Positions 49,482 through 59,587 are shown, numbered from the stretch's first letter. The stretch is 64,000 bases of DNA from an uncultured Candidatus Rokubacteria bacterium (GCA_963789955.1 CAWBMV010000037.1:128001-192000), one strand, 5' to 3'. The notes: a model not told the origin generated them from the letters alone. Made by a program: numbers and translations.

Positions 49482-51788
49482 CTAGCCCTTCGCGGCCAGC
49501 GCGCGCCAGATCTTTTCGGGGGTCAGCGGCATGTCGAGATGGGTCACGCCGAACGGCGCCAGCGCGTCGACGACGGCGTTCACCATCACCGGCGGAATCC
49601 CGATCGTGCCGGCCTCGCCGATCCCCTTGACGCCCAGCGGATTGTTCGGCGACGGCGTGTGGGCATGCCCGATCTCGGCATGCGGGACGTCGTCCGCCCG
49701 TGGAACGGCGTAGTCCATGAGCGTGCCGGCGAGCAGATGCCCGTCGCGATCGAGCACCGCGTCTTCCATCATCACCTGGCCCCAGCCCTGGGCGAGCGAG
49801 CCCTCGAGCTGACCGTCGGCCAGCAGCGGGTTCACGATCGTGCCGGCGTCGTCGAGCCATACGATGCGCTCGGGCGTCACGGTGCCGGTGTCGCGGTCGA
49901 TGCGCACCGAGACGACGAAGGCGCCCGCGCTCCACACCTCGCCCTCGGCGGTGAAAAAGCGCGTGGCCTCGAGCCCCGGCTCGGTGCCGGGCGGCAGTCC
50001 GGTACCGCGGTAGGCGAACTCGGCCACCCGCGCCCAGGTGACGTGACGCCCAGGCGCCCCGACGACTCCGAAGCCGCCGTCGACCGGGACGATATCTTGT
50101 GGACTGGCCTCGAGCATGCTCGCCGCGAACCTCCGCGCCTTCTCGCGCACGTCGCGCGACGCCAGCGCGAGCGCCGAACCGCCGAGCGCGGTGCTCCGGC
50201 TCCCGAACGTGCCGATCCCTTGCGGCGCGCCGTGCGTGTCTCCGTGGCGAACGGTCACCGCCTCCGGCGGCACGCCGAGCTCGTCGGCGATGATCTGCGC
50301 GAACGTCGTCTCATGGCCCTGGCCGTGGGCGCTCGAGCCGGTGACGGCGAGCACGGCGCCGGTCGACTCGACCCGCACCTGCCCGCTCTCCCAGCCGAGG
50401 CCCGACGGCTCGACGTACGTCGCGACGCCGACGCCGACGATCTCGCCGCGGGCCCGTCGCGCCGCCTGCGCGCGGCGAAGCCCGGAATAGTCGGCCATGG
50501 CGAGCGTGCGGTCCAGCAGATCGGCGTAATCGCCCGAGTCGTAGACCTGTCCCGTCGCGGTCTTGAACGGAAAGCGCTCCTTGGGGATGAGATTGCGCCG
50601 GCGCAGCTCGACCGGATCGACCTTCAAGGTGCGCGCGGCCTCGTCGACGAGCCGCTCGATCAGGAACGCCGCCTCCGGGCGCCCGGCGCCACGATAGGCG
50701 CCGATCGGCGGCGTCGTGGTGAACACGCCGACCGACTCGATGTCCACGTGCTCGATCAGATAGGAGCCCGGCAGGCACCGGCCGTGGTTCTGCGGCGTGC
50801 CGCCCACCGTGACGGCGAGGCTCGACCCGAGAGGCTGGCGGATTCGCGCACGCAGCCCGGTGATCCGGCCGTCGGCGTCGAGCGCCAGCTCGCCGGTCGA
50901 TTTGCCGCCGCGGCCGTGGTTGGTCGTGAGCAGATCCTCCGAGCGGGTCGACATCCACTTGACCGGCCGGCCGAGCCGGCGTGCGAGCCACGCGACGAGA
51001 ATCTCCTCGCGATAGGGACCGCCCTTCACGCCGAACCCGCCGCCCACATCGGGAGCGATCACGCGAACGCGCGCCTCGTCGAGACCGAGCATGCGGGCCA
51101 AGGAGGCGCGGATCCGGAAGGGCGACTGCGTCGACGTCCACATCGTGAGCTCGCCGGTGTCGGCATCCCAGCGAGCGAGGGCGCCGCGCGGCTCCATGGG
51201 CACGCCGCACAACCGCTGCTGCTGGACGGTCAAGGTCACGCGGTGAGCCGCGTCGCGGAACGCGCGCTCCGCATCGCCATGACGCCAGGCCACTGTGAGC
51301 GCCCGGTTGTCGCGGCTCACCGGCACGACCTGCGCGGCGCCCGCCGCCAGCGCGCCATCGGCGTCGGAGACGCCCTCGAGCGGCTCATACTCGATCGCGA
51401 GCCGATCGACTCCGTCCACCGCCGCGTAGGTCGACTCCGCGACCACCGCGGCGACGGGTACGCCCTGGGCCCGGACCACGTCGCCCGCGATCAGCGGGTA
51501 GTCGGGAACGAGCGTGCCGGGCGCCAGTCGCATCAGTGGGACCGGGCCGACCGAGTCGAGATCGCCGGCGACGACGACCGTGACGACACCCGGCGTCTTT
51601 TTCGCCGCAGCGGTGTCGAGCGAGCGAATCCGCGCATGGGCGTGCGGGCTCCTGGCCAGGATCAGGTGCAGGACGCCGGCGACTTTCAGATCGTCGACGA
51701 ACCGTCCGCGACCGGTGACGAGCGTCCGGTCTTCCCGGCGCTTCATCGGTCGTCCGACCCATCCGGTTGGCTCGGCCCCGTGCGTCAC
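49482..51788 (-). CDS. Xanthine/CO dehydrogenase family molybdopterin-binding subunit (form II CoxL-like)
   Basis: Motifs GGGFG, AYRGAGRPEA, GQGHET and KGIGE. Confidence 0.88.
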   Translation of the reverse strand: MTHGAEPTGWVGRPMKRREDRTLVTGRGRFVDDLKVAGVLHLILARSPHAHARIRSLDTAAAKKTPGVVTVVVAGDLDSVGPVPLMRLAPGTLVPDYPLIAGDVVRAQGVPVAAVVAESTYAAVDGVDRLAIEYEPLEGVSDADGALAAGAAQVVPVSRDNRALTVAWRHGDAERAFRDAAHRVTLTVQQQRLCGVPMEPRGALARWDADTGELTMWTSTQSPFRIRASLARMLGLDEARVRVIAPDVGGGFGVKGGPYREEILVAWLARRLGRPVKWMSTRSEDLLTTNHGRGGKSTGELALDADGRITGLRARIRQPLGSSLAVTVGGTPQNHGRCLPGSYLIEHVDIESVGVFTTTPPIGAYRGAGRPEAAFLIERLVDEAARTLKVDPVELRRRNLIPKERFPFKTATGQVYDSGDYADLLDRTLAMADYSGLRRAQAARRARGEIVGVGVATYVEPSGLGWESGQVRVESTGAVLAVTGSSAHGQGHETTFAQIIADELGVPPEAVTVRHGDTHGAPQGIGTFGSRSTALGGSALALASRDVREKARRFAASMLEASPQDIVPVDGGFGVVGAPGRHVTWARVAEFAYRGTGLPPGTEPGLEATRFFTAEGEVWSAGAFVVSVRIDRDTGTVTPERIVWLDDAGTIVNPLLADGQLEGSLAQGWGQVMMEDAVLDRDGHLLAGTLMDYAVPRADDVPHAEIGHAHTPSPNNPLGVKGIGEAGTIGIPPVMVNAVVDALAPFGVTHLDMPLTPEKIWRALAAKG

Positions 51789-52177
51789 GTGCGTCCACCT
51801 TTCGGGCGATAGCCGACGAGCTCGAGCAGGTTGCCGTCGGGATCGAGGAAGTAGAGGCAGTCGTGGTCACCCCAGTCGATCGGCGCGTGGTACGGCACGC
51901 CGCGCGCGGTGAAGAGCGCCTCGGCAGCCTTCAAATCGTCCCAGCCGACCTCGAAGGCGTGGTGGCTCTTGCCGAGCGGGTGGCGCACGTGCTCGAGGTC
52001 GGCGGGCGCGCGATCCGGCCGGAGGAAGAGCGCGCACGACGTCTCGCCGCCACGCATGACCACCTGATCGGCGAGGCGCATCTGGACGGACATCCCGAGG
52101 ACGTCGCGATAGAAGCTCTCGGCTCGTCCGAGATCGGCGACGTCGACACCGAAGTGATCGAGTCGCTTGACCTTCAC
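51785..52177 (-). CDS. VOC/glyoxalase family protein
   Basis: Motifs LDHFG, FYRDVLG, HHAF and DPDGNLLEL. Confidence 0.85.
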   Translation of the reverse strand: MKVKRLDHFGVDVADLGRAESFYRDVLGMSVQMRLADQVVMRGGETSCALFLRPDRAPADLEHVRHPLGKSHHAFEVGWDDLKAAEALFTARGVPYHAPIDWGDHDCLYFLDPDGNLLELVGYRPKGGRT

Positions 52178-53219
52178 GGCGCCACCTCACGCGCGGTGTC
52201 GAGCTTCTCGAGCGCCCACGCGGCGGCGTGACGCACCACCGCGTCCTCGTCACCGAGCGCCCGGGTGAGCACCCCGGCGGCGCGCCGCTCGCCACGGTTC
52301 GCCAGCACGATCGCCGCGTTTCGGAGAAGGCCGGCGCGCTTCGTCCGCGTGATCGCCGAGCCACGGAACCGCCTGCGAAATGCCTCGGGATCGAGCTCGA
52401 GCAAGGCCTCCAGCGTCCCGAACGATCCGGACGGCCCGAGGGCCGGCTCGTGACCGGGCTCGGCCTTGCGGTTCCACGGACACACGTCCTGGCACACGTC
52501 GCAGCCGAACAGCCACTCGCCGATCTGATCGGCGAGCTCGCCGGCGATGTCGCCGCGGTGCTCGATGGTCAGATACGAGATGCAACGGCGCGCGTCGAGC
52601 ACGTACGGTGCGACGAACGCCCGCGTCGGACAGGCGTCGAGACAGGCCGTGCAGGTGCCGCAGCGGTCGGCCTCGCGCTGATCGACCGGCAGCTCGGCGG
52701 TCGTGAGCACGATGCCGATGAAGAAGTAGGAGCCGAGCGCGGGTGCCAGGAGATTCGTGTTCTTGCCGACCCAGCCGAGACCCGCCCGGGCGGCGAGATC
52801 GCGCTCGAGCACCGCACTCGAGTCGACGGCGGCCCGGCTCGCGACGTTGCCGCCCGCCGCCGAGCCGATGAACTCCCCGAGCTCGACCAGGCGCGGTCGG
52901 ATCACGTCGTGGTAGTCGCGGCCGCGCGCGTAGCGCGAGACGGGCCGCCAGTCGTCGTCGACGCTCGAACGCCCGGGTTGTAGCTCATCGCGACGGCGAC
53001 GACCGAACGACACCCCGGCAGCAGGCGGGCCGGATCGAGCCGGTCGGCGCGACCGCGATCGAGATAGCCCATCGTGCCCGCGTACCCGGCATCGAGCCAC
53101 GCCTCGAGCGCGGCGCCGTGCTCCGGTGGCTCGGCCGGACCGATCGCGACTCGATCGAAGCCGAGTGCGCTCGCCCGCGCCTTGACGACCGAGCCGAGGG
53201 CGAGGCCGACCAGGCTCAC
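52174..53219 (-). CDS. queG: Epoxyqueuosine reductase (frameshift near 52970)
   Basis: Motifs SRYARGRDYH, GKN, CGTCTACLDACPT, RCISYLTIE and GCDVCQDVCPWN. Confidence 0.92.
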
Positions 53220-53887
53220 GCCTTGCGTGCCTTGACGACCAGCTGGGCGCGCGTCAAGGTACGCCCGCCGTCCTCGAGGAACTTCACGTACTTGAACCAG
53301 CGGCCGTCCACCTTCCAGCGCTCCTGGAGCCCGACCGCCGCCGCGAGGCCTTCTTCGACCGACGCGAAGGCTTTGACGTCGCGCTCGACCTCGAGGTGCT
53401 CGACCGTGAAGCCGGTCCGCTTCAGGAGCCGGCGCACGCCCGTCTCGCCGTACGCGAAGCGCGAGGGCCGGCCCGTCTCCTTCCACTGATCGTTGTGCAG
53501 GGCGACGAACGCCAAGACCTGGCCGGCACGGAGCGCGCGACTGGCCCGCTCGGCGATCGCGTCGGACATGCAGAGGTACGCGACGACCGCGTCGGGCTTG
53601 AACGGTATGTACTCTTCGACCTCGATGTCGCCGACCACGAACCGGACGTTGGTGAGCTTGGCCGCGGCGGCCTTGCGGCGCGCCTCGTCGATCGCGCGCG
53701 CGTCGCGATCGACTCCGACGACGGCGCGGCAGAGCGGCGCCAGCGCCAGCGCCACCCGGCCCGAGCCGGTCCCCGCGTCCAGGACGGTCAGCTCGCGGAG
53801 CGGCTCGCTCTTGAGTCGCTCGAGGAACGCCGCGCTGAGCTCCTCGCCCGAATCGGCCGGTCGGCTTTCAGCCGGTGACGGCGCCAT
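53216..53887 (-). CDS. Class I SAM-dependent methyltransferase
   Basis: Motifs VLDAGTGSG and VVGVD. Confidence 0.75.
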   Translation of the reverse strand: MAPSPAESRPADSGEELSAAFLERLKSEPLRELTVLDAGTGSGRVALALAPLCRAVVGVDRDARAIDEARRKAAAAKLTNVRFVVGDIEVEEYIPFKPDAVVAYLCMSDAIAERASRALRAGQVLAFVALHNDQWKETGRPSRFAYGETGVRRLLKRTGFTVEHLEVERDVKAFASVEEGLAAAVGLQERWKVDGRWFKYVKFLEDGGRTLTRAQLVVKARKA

Positions 53888-55544
53888 CGGATGCACTCCC
53901 GACGAGGCGCGCGTACTTCGCCAGGGCGCCCCAGGTGTAGCGCGGCTTCGGGCGCTTGACGCTCTTGAGCCGCTTCTTGATCTCGGCGGCCGAAAGCTCC
54001 ACGTCGAGCTTGCGCTTCTTGATGTCGATCACGATCGTGTCGCCGTTGCGGAGCGCCGCGATCGGTCCGCCCTCGGCGGCTTCCGGCGCGATGTGGCCGA
54101 TCATGAATCCGTGCGTCGCGCCCGAGAAGCGCCCGTCGGTCATCAGCGCGACGGTGTCGCCCAGGCCCGCGCCCTGGAGCGCGCCGGTCACGTGCAGCAT
54201 CTCGCGCATACCCGGCCCGCCCTTGGGACCTTCCCAGCGGATGACGATGACGTCGTTCGGCTTGATCTTCCCGGCCTTCACGGCCGCGAACGAATCCTCC
54301 TCGCGCTCGAACACCCGGGCCGGACCGCGATGGAAATCGCGCTTCTGGCCCGAGATCTTGGCCACGCACCCCTCGGGCGCGAGATTGCCCCGGAGGATCG
54401 CGAGGCCGCCCTCGGGCTTGATCGGATCGGACAGCGGCCGGATGACCTTCTGGCCCGGCGCCTCGCGGCCGGCGCGCGCTTCCTCGGCGATCGTCCGGCC
54501 GGTGACCGTCGGCGCGTCGCCGTTCAGCAGGCCCGCCTCGAGCAGCCGCTGGGCCACGACCGCCATGCCCCCGGCGTCGTGCATCTCCGGCGCCGTGTAG
54601 TTGCCCCACGGCCGCATGTCGGCCAGCAGCGGCGTCTTGCGCGAGACCTTGTCGAACTCGTCGATCGTCGAGCTTGACGCCCGCCTCCTTGGCGACGGCG
54701 AGCAGGTGCAGGACCGCGTTGGTCGAGCCGCCGGTGGCCATCACGCCGGCGATCGCGTTGTGCAGCGACTTGCGCGTGATGATCTGACGCGGCAGCAGGC
54801 CCTTGCGCAGGACGTCCATCGACGAGCTTGCCGGTCTCGAACGCGACCTCTTCCTTGCGAGGGTCGGTGGCCGTGACGCCGTTGAACCCCATCGGCGACA
54901 CGCCGAGCATCTCGAACGCGGTGGACATCGTGTTGGCGGTGAACTGGCCGCCGCAGGCCCCGGCGCCCGGGCAGGCGCGGCTCTCGATCTCGTTCAGCTC
55001 CTTCGCGTCGATCTTCTTGGCGTTGAACGCGCCGATCGCCTCGAACACCTCCTGGATGGTGAGGCGCCGGCCCTTGTACTCGCCGAAGGCGATCGAGCCC
55101 CCGTAGAGCATGACGCTCGGCAGGTTGAGCCGCGCCATCGCCATCACCATCGCCGGGATGGTCTTGTCGCAGCCGGAGATGCCGACGAAGCCGTCGAGGA
55201 GATGGCCGCGCACGACCAGCTCGACGGAATCCGCGATCGCCTCACGGCTGATCAGCGAGGCCTTCATGCCCTCGGTGCCCATCGCGATGCCGTCGGTGAT
55301 GCTGATCGTGTTGAACTCGATCGGCGTGCCGCCGGCGGCGCGGATGCCTTCCTTCACCTTCTCGGCCAGCTTGCGGTGGTTCCAGTTGCACGGGGTGATC
55401 TCGATCCAGCAGTGGGCGACGCCGACCAGCGGACGCTTGCAGGTCCTCGTCGGTGAAGCCGATCGCCTTGAAGTACGAGCGGGCGGCCGCGCGGTCGGCG
55501 CCGTCCACGAGGCCACGGCTCTGGTGTCGGGGATCGAACGTCAT
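53868..55544 (-). CDS. ilvD: Dihydroxy-acid dehydratase (about 3 frameshifts)
   Basis: Motifs [25 protein letters not shown] and TDGRFSG across frames. Confidence 0.92.
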
Positions 55545-55952
55545 GCGGATGCCTCCTTCTGTCGCTTGGCGACGAGGAACGTGAACTTGCCCTGCTGCAC
55601 GACCTCGCCGTGTTGATCCAGATATCGTGCGCTCGTCGACGACCAGCCCGCCGTCGCGCAGCGGGCGCTTCGAGACGATCCGCGAGCGGCTGTGCATCGT
55701 GTCGCCCACGCGCAGCTCTTTCATGATCTTCCAGTCGAGACCGACGAAGGCCTGCACCGCCATCGGCGGCGCCTTGACCCGCCAGCCGAGCCCGATGGCC
55801 ATGCACAGCGGCAGGACGTCCGGGATCCCGCCCGAGCCCATCTCGCGCGTCAGGCCCTCGTACATCTCGACGTGGGCGGCGGTCACGGTGATGGCGGGCG
55901 TCAGCTGGACCTGGTCGACCACGACGTCCTCGAAATAGGTGGCGGCGGTCAC
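55541..55952 (-). CDS. MaoC-like hotdog-fold protein, degenerate (frameshift near 55620)
   Basis: Motifs YFED and LRVGDT; lacks the D-N--H motif. Confidence 0.6.
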
Positions 55953-56396
55953 GGACGTTTCTGCACGACCAGGTCGGTCTGGCCCTGCTGGACGACCTCG
56001 TCGCGCTGGTTGAGGATCGTGCGGTCGAGCGTGATCTGTCCGCGATCGGGCTTGTCGAGCGTCCTTCTTGTCCACGACCTTCGCCCGCAGCCTGATCGTG
56101 TCGCCGATCTTGACCGGCGCCTTGAACTTCCAGCGCAGCCCGCCGAACCCGAGCGTGGCGTACGGCGCGGTGGCGCGCGTGAAGAGCCCGGACTGGATCG
56201 CCAGGCACAGGAGGCCGTGCGCGATGCGCTCACCGAAGATCGTCTGCTTCATGAACTCGGCGTCGGTGTGCAGGACGTTGTAGTCGCCGGAGAGTCCGGC
56301 GAACATCACGATGTCGGCCTCGGTCACCGTGCGCCCGGGGGACTCGTACTCCTCGCCGAGCTCGATCTCGTCGAAGTAACGCCTCGGATCGGCCAT
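55949..56396 (-). CDS. MaoC family dehydratase (frameshift near 56065)
   Basis: Motifs RTVTEADIVMFAGLSGDYNVLHTD, IAHG and PVKIGDTI. Confidence 0.85.
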
Positions 56397-56469
56397 GGGC
56401 GCCGCCAAGAATAGCACAGGGGCGCGCGGGGTTCGGCCTCGCGCAGAAGTTTGCGAGCCTGCCCGGCGG

Positions 56470-56834
56470 ACCATGGAATTTAATTCGCGCGTGACGTGGT
56501 CTACGTCCTGCTCGGGGGCCCGCCCGGCGACGCAGATCCTGAGCGTCGCGTTCTCACCGGATCCTCGGCGGCGCGCGATCTCCTGACATCTGGTGCGTCG
56601 ACCGCTCGTCATCCCGATGTCCGGCATCGTGGGACCCTCGCCCAAGACATCGGGCGCGGCGTGGCATCCGTCGTCATCTTCGTTCTGCGTGGGTTCACGT
56701 GGGCCTCATCACGTCGAGCGGCAAGACGTTGAGGGGGGGCGATGGTACGGGGCACGTCGGGGCCGCGATGCGTGCAAGCATCATGGCCCTCTCTCCGACG
56801 CATCTCGGGCTTCACCGTGGGCGCGATCAAGTAG
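56470..56834 (+). pseudogene. Putative heavily degraded carbohydrate ABC permease remnant
   Basis: Ends ISGFTVGAIK*, a MalG-like C-terminus. Scattered fragments LVIPMSGIV and SVVIF lie in different frames. Confidence 0.35.
56803..56834 (+). repeat. 32-bp direct repeat, copy 1
   Basis: TCTCGGGCTTCACCGTGGGCGCGATCAAGTAG, identical to 58434-58465. Confidence 0.95.
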
Positions 56835-57115
56835 TGGACTAAGGCTCGGAAGAATGGACTCCGGGGCACTTGCAGCACGACATCTCGTCGTACCCTGCGG
56901 TCAGCATGGTTGCCGCGCGAGCGCGGGTAGGGCGCGCTTTACGCTCGAACAAACGCGCTCGCGGGCTTGTCGGAGTGACAATTGGTCCGTTTCAATGACC
57001 ACTTCTGTCATAACCGTGCCGTGCCAGCCGCGCGGTTTCGTCAACCGTGCGATAGGTCAGGGGTCGAGGGCGCCGACGGCACGTGGCGAAGATCTTGAAG
57101 GTCGCGAACGGCGGA

Positions 57116-57896
57116 ATGGTGTTTGCGCGCATTTGGCACATAGTCGCCCGCAAGAGGCGACGGTCGACGAGCGCCCAGATGTTCCGACAGGCGCAGACGG
57201 CTTCGGGATGAGGCACGCTACAAGCGTGCGGTCCTGGTCGTCGAGGACGCGTTGCTCCAGGATCCGAGGAGCGTCGTCGGACATCTACTGGCGGCCTCGC
57301 TCCACATGGTTCTGCGCGAGACCGGCCAGGCCAGGGCCTCGTTCGAGCGAGTCCTCGCGCTCGAGCCGACGCAACCCCGCGCTCTGCTGGGGCTCGCGCG
57401 CATCGCGCTCGAGGAAGGCGATGCCGCGGCGTGCCTTGAGCTGCTCACGCGAGCGCTGACGCGATATCCCGATTTCCCGGAGGCACGCGCCCTGCTGGAG
57501 GTCGCCCGAGGACTCGTGGCGACCGCCGACGCGAAGCGCACGGTCGCATCGAACGGAGCGATCCCTGCCGACCGGCTGCGCCTGCCGGCCGAGAGCCTCG
57601 AAGCGCTGTTCATTCGAGCCGATGCGACCGTGGTCTTCGCCGAGCCGCATGGACCGCGTACCAACGCGGTCGCCGGTAGCGCCGTGAAGCTCGCGACAGT
57701 CGCGACGGCGATGCTCGCGGGAGCCGGGCTCGGTCCGTTGCGCCACGCCGTCATCGAGGGAGTGGCCGACACGACGTATCTCCGCGCCGACGACGCGGCG
57801 CTCCTCACCGTGTCGTTCGACCGCGACCTGAAAAGCGCGACCGCAGTCGAGCACCTTAAGCGGGTATGGGACCGCTGCCGCTCGGAGCTCGTATGA
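57116..57896 (+). CDS. TPR protein with a C-terminal roadblock/LC7-like domain (probable frameshift near 57197; start uncertain)
   Basis: TPR helices (ARASFERVLALEP..ALLGLARIA..). C-terminal 'ALFIRADATVVF...GLGPLRHAVIEG..TYL..ALLTV' roadblock pattern. Confidence 0.65.
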
Positions 57897-58288
57897 GCCC
57901 CGCCGCCGTCATCGCGCGGCCCGCGCTCGGCCGCGACCTCCGCGATGTGCTCGCCGAGCTTCTGAAGCTCCAGCACATCATCGGCGGGCTCGTCGTCGCT
58001 CCGGACGGGCTCGTGATCGCCGCCGATCTTCCACGCGAGATACAGGCCGAGCCCCTTGCCGCGCTGGTGGCGACCGTCGGACGCGAGCTCGAGCGACGCG
58101 GTCCTCGGCTCCGGCGCGGAGCGTTCCCGACGGCGCAATTCGCGAGCGTGAGCGGGGCCGCCGCGTTTATCGGCAGCACTCCCGTGGGTTTCATCGTGCT
58201 GCTCGGTGGGCCGCGCGCGGACTACGATACGATTCGCGCAGCGCTGCGCGAGGCGGTCGAAGCCGTCTATCGCGCCTGGGCGGGCTAA
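57893..58288 (+). CDS. Roadblock/LC7 (MglB-like) domain protein
   Basis: IIGGLVVAPDGLVIAADLP..EPLAALVA; ATGA overlap with the upstream gene. Confidence 0.8.
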   Translation: MSPAAVIARPALGRDLRDVLAELLKLQHIIGGLVVAPDGLVIAADLPREIQAEPLAALVATVGRELERRGPRLRRGAFPTAQFASVSGAAAFIGSTPVGFIVLLGGPRADYDTIRAALREAVEAVYRAWAG

Positions 58289-58433
58289 TCCGCCCCGGCA
58301 CGAGCGGCGCGCCGCCGCCACGCGCTCGAGGAGCGTCTGGCACTGTCGCCACCCCGAACAGGGTGGGCTCCAAGTGCGCGGAAGACCTAACTAGCGGGAC
58401 TGAGCGGGACTACCGTAGAAGACCGCCGGGAAT

Positions 58434-58465
58434 TCTCGGGCTTCACCGTGGGCGCGATCAAGTAG
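58434..58465 (+). repeat. 32-bp direct repeat, copy 2 (overlaps the methionine synthase stop codon)
   Basis: Identical to 56803-56834. Confidence 0.95.
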
Positions 58466-59483
58466 CGCCGAGCTCGCGGCGGACGAGCGCCGCCCCGAGC
58501 ACGAGCGCCCGCAGCTTGCCTTGGGCGACCTTACGCGTGAGCGGGACCATCCCGCAGTTCGTGCAGGGATAGAGGCGCTCGGGCGGCACGTACGGAAGTG
58601 CCCGGCGGATGACGTCGGCCACCTGCTCGGGCGTCTCGATCGCGTTCGTCGCGACGTCGACGGCCCCGACGAGCACGTCCTTGCCGCGCAGGAGGCCGAG
58701 CAGCTCGATCGGCACGCGGGAATTGGCGCACTCGAGCGACACCTGATCCAGGCGGCTCGCCGCCAGCAGGGGGAACGTCTTCTCGTACTGGCGCCATTGC
58801 TGGCCCAGGGTCGCCTTCCAGTCGACGTTCGCCTTGATCCCATAGCCGTAGCAGATGTGCACCGCGGTCCGGCAGCCGACGCCCTCGATCGCGCGGTGCA
58901 GCGCCTCGATCCCCCATGCCTCGACGTCGTCCATGTAGACGTTGAAGGCCGGCTCATCGAGCTGGAGCACGTCGAGGCCGAGCGCGGCGAGCTCTCGCGC
59001 CTCTTCGTTGATCACGCGCGCGAACTCGAGCGCGAGCCGCCGCCGGTCGCGGTAGTACTCGTCGGCGAGCGTGTCGACGATCGTCATCGGCCCGGGGATC
59101 GTGAACTTGAGGGCGCGCGCGGTGCCGGCGCGCGCGAAGCGAACCTCGTCGCCGTGGATCGGGCCCCGGCGCCTGATGGGCGCGGTCACCGTCGGCACCT
59201 CGGCCTTGTAGCGATCGGCCCGGATCCCGATCGTGACCCGCCGCGAGAAGTCGACGCCCTCGAGCCGCTCGAGGAATCCGTGGACGAAGTGCTGGCGCGA
59301 CTGCTCGCCGTCGGTCACGATGTCGATCCCCGCCAGCTCCTGATCCTTCAGGGCCAGCAGGACCGCGTCGCGCTGGGCCTCGGCGAGCGCCTCGCCGGTG
59401 AGGCGCCACGGCGCCCAGAGGGTGGCCGGCGTGGCGAGCCACGTGGGCTTGGGCAGGCTTCCGGCGATCGTCGTGCGGAGCAT
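58458..59483 (-). CDS. Core cobalamin-independent methionine synthase, MesD-like
   Basis: Motifs GSLPKP.WLA, DGEQSRQHFV, HICYGYGIKAN.DWK and CTNCGM; 341 aa, catalytic domain only. Confidence 0.85.
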   Translation of the reverse strand: MLRTTIAGSLPKPTWLATPATLWAPWRLTGEALAEAQRDAVLLALKDQELAGIDIVTDGEQSRQHFVHGFLERLEGVDFSRRVTIGIRADRYKAEVPTVTAPIRRRGPIHGDEVRFARAGTARALKFTIPGPMTIVDTLADEYYRDRRRLALEFARVINEEARELAALGLDVLQLDEPAFNVYMDDVEAWGIEALHRAIEGVGCRTAVHICYGYGIKANVDWKATLGQQWRQYEKTFPLLAASRLDQVSLECANSRVPIELLGLLRGKDVLVGAVDVATNAIETPEQVADVIRRALPYVPPERLYPCTNCGMVPLTRKVAQGKLRALVLGAALVRRELGAT

Positions 59484-59587
59484 GGGGTGGTTCTAACACG
59501 CTCACACCCTCGGACCCAAATCTCGACGGCGCGAGCGCCGGCCCGTATAATTCGGTCGACCGAGACGCCTCACCCCGGGAGGAACGA

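Noticed and set aside
55242..56645. MaoC-MaoC-IlvD fusion ORF
   Set aside because: Indels join separate genes whose overlapping stops and starts are visible.
57134..57148. Sigma-54 promoter (TGGCAC...GC)
   Set aside because: The GG-GC spacing is 9 rather than 10 nt, and it lies inside the probable coding start.
56803..58465. 32-bp repeats as a CRISPR array
   Set aside because: There are only two copies 1.6 kb apart, no cas genes, and the repeat reads as a protein C-terminus.
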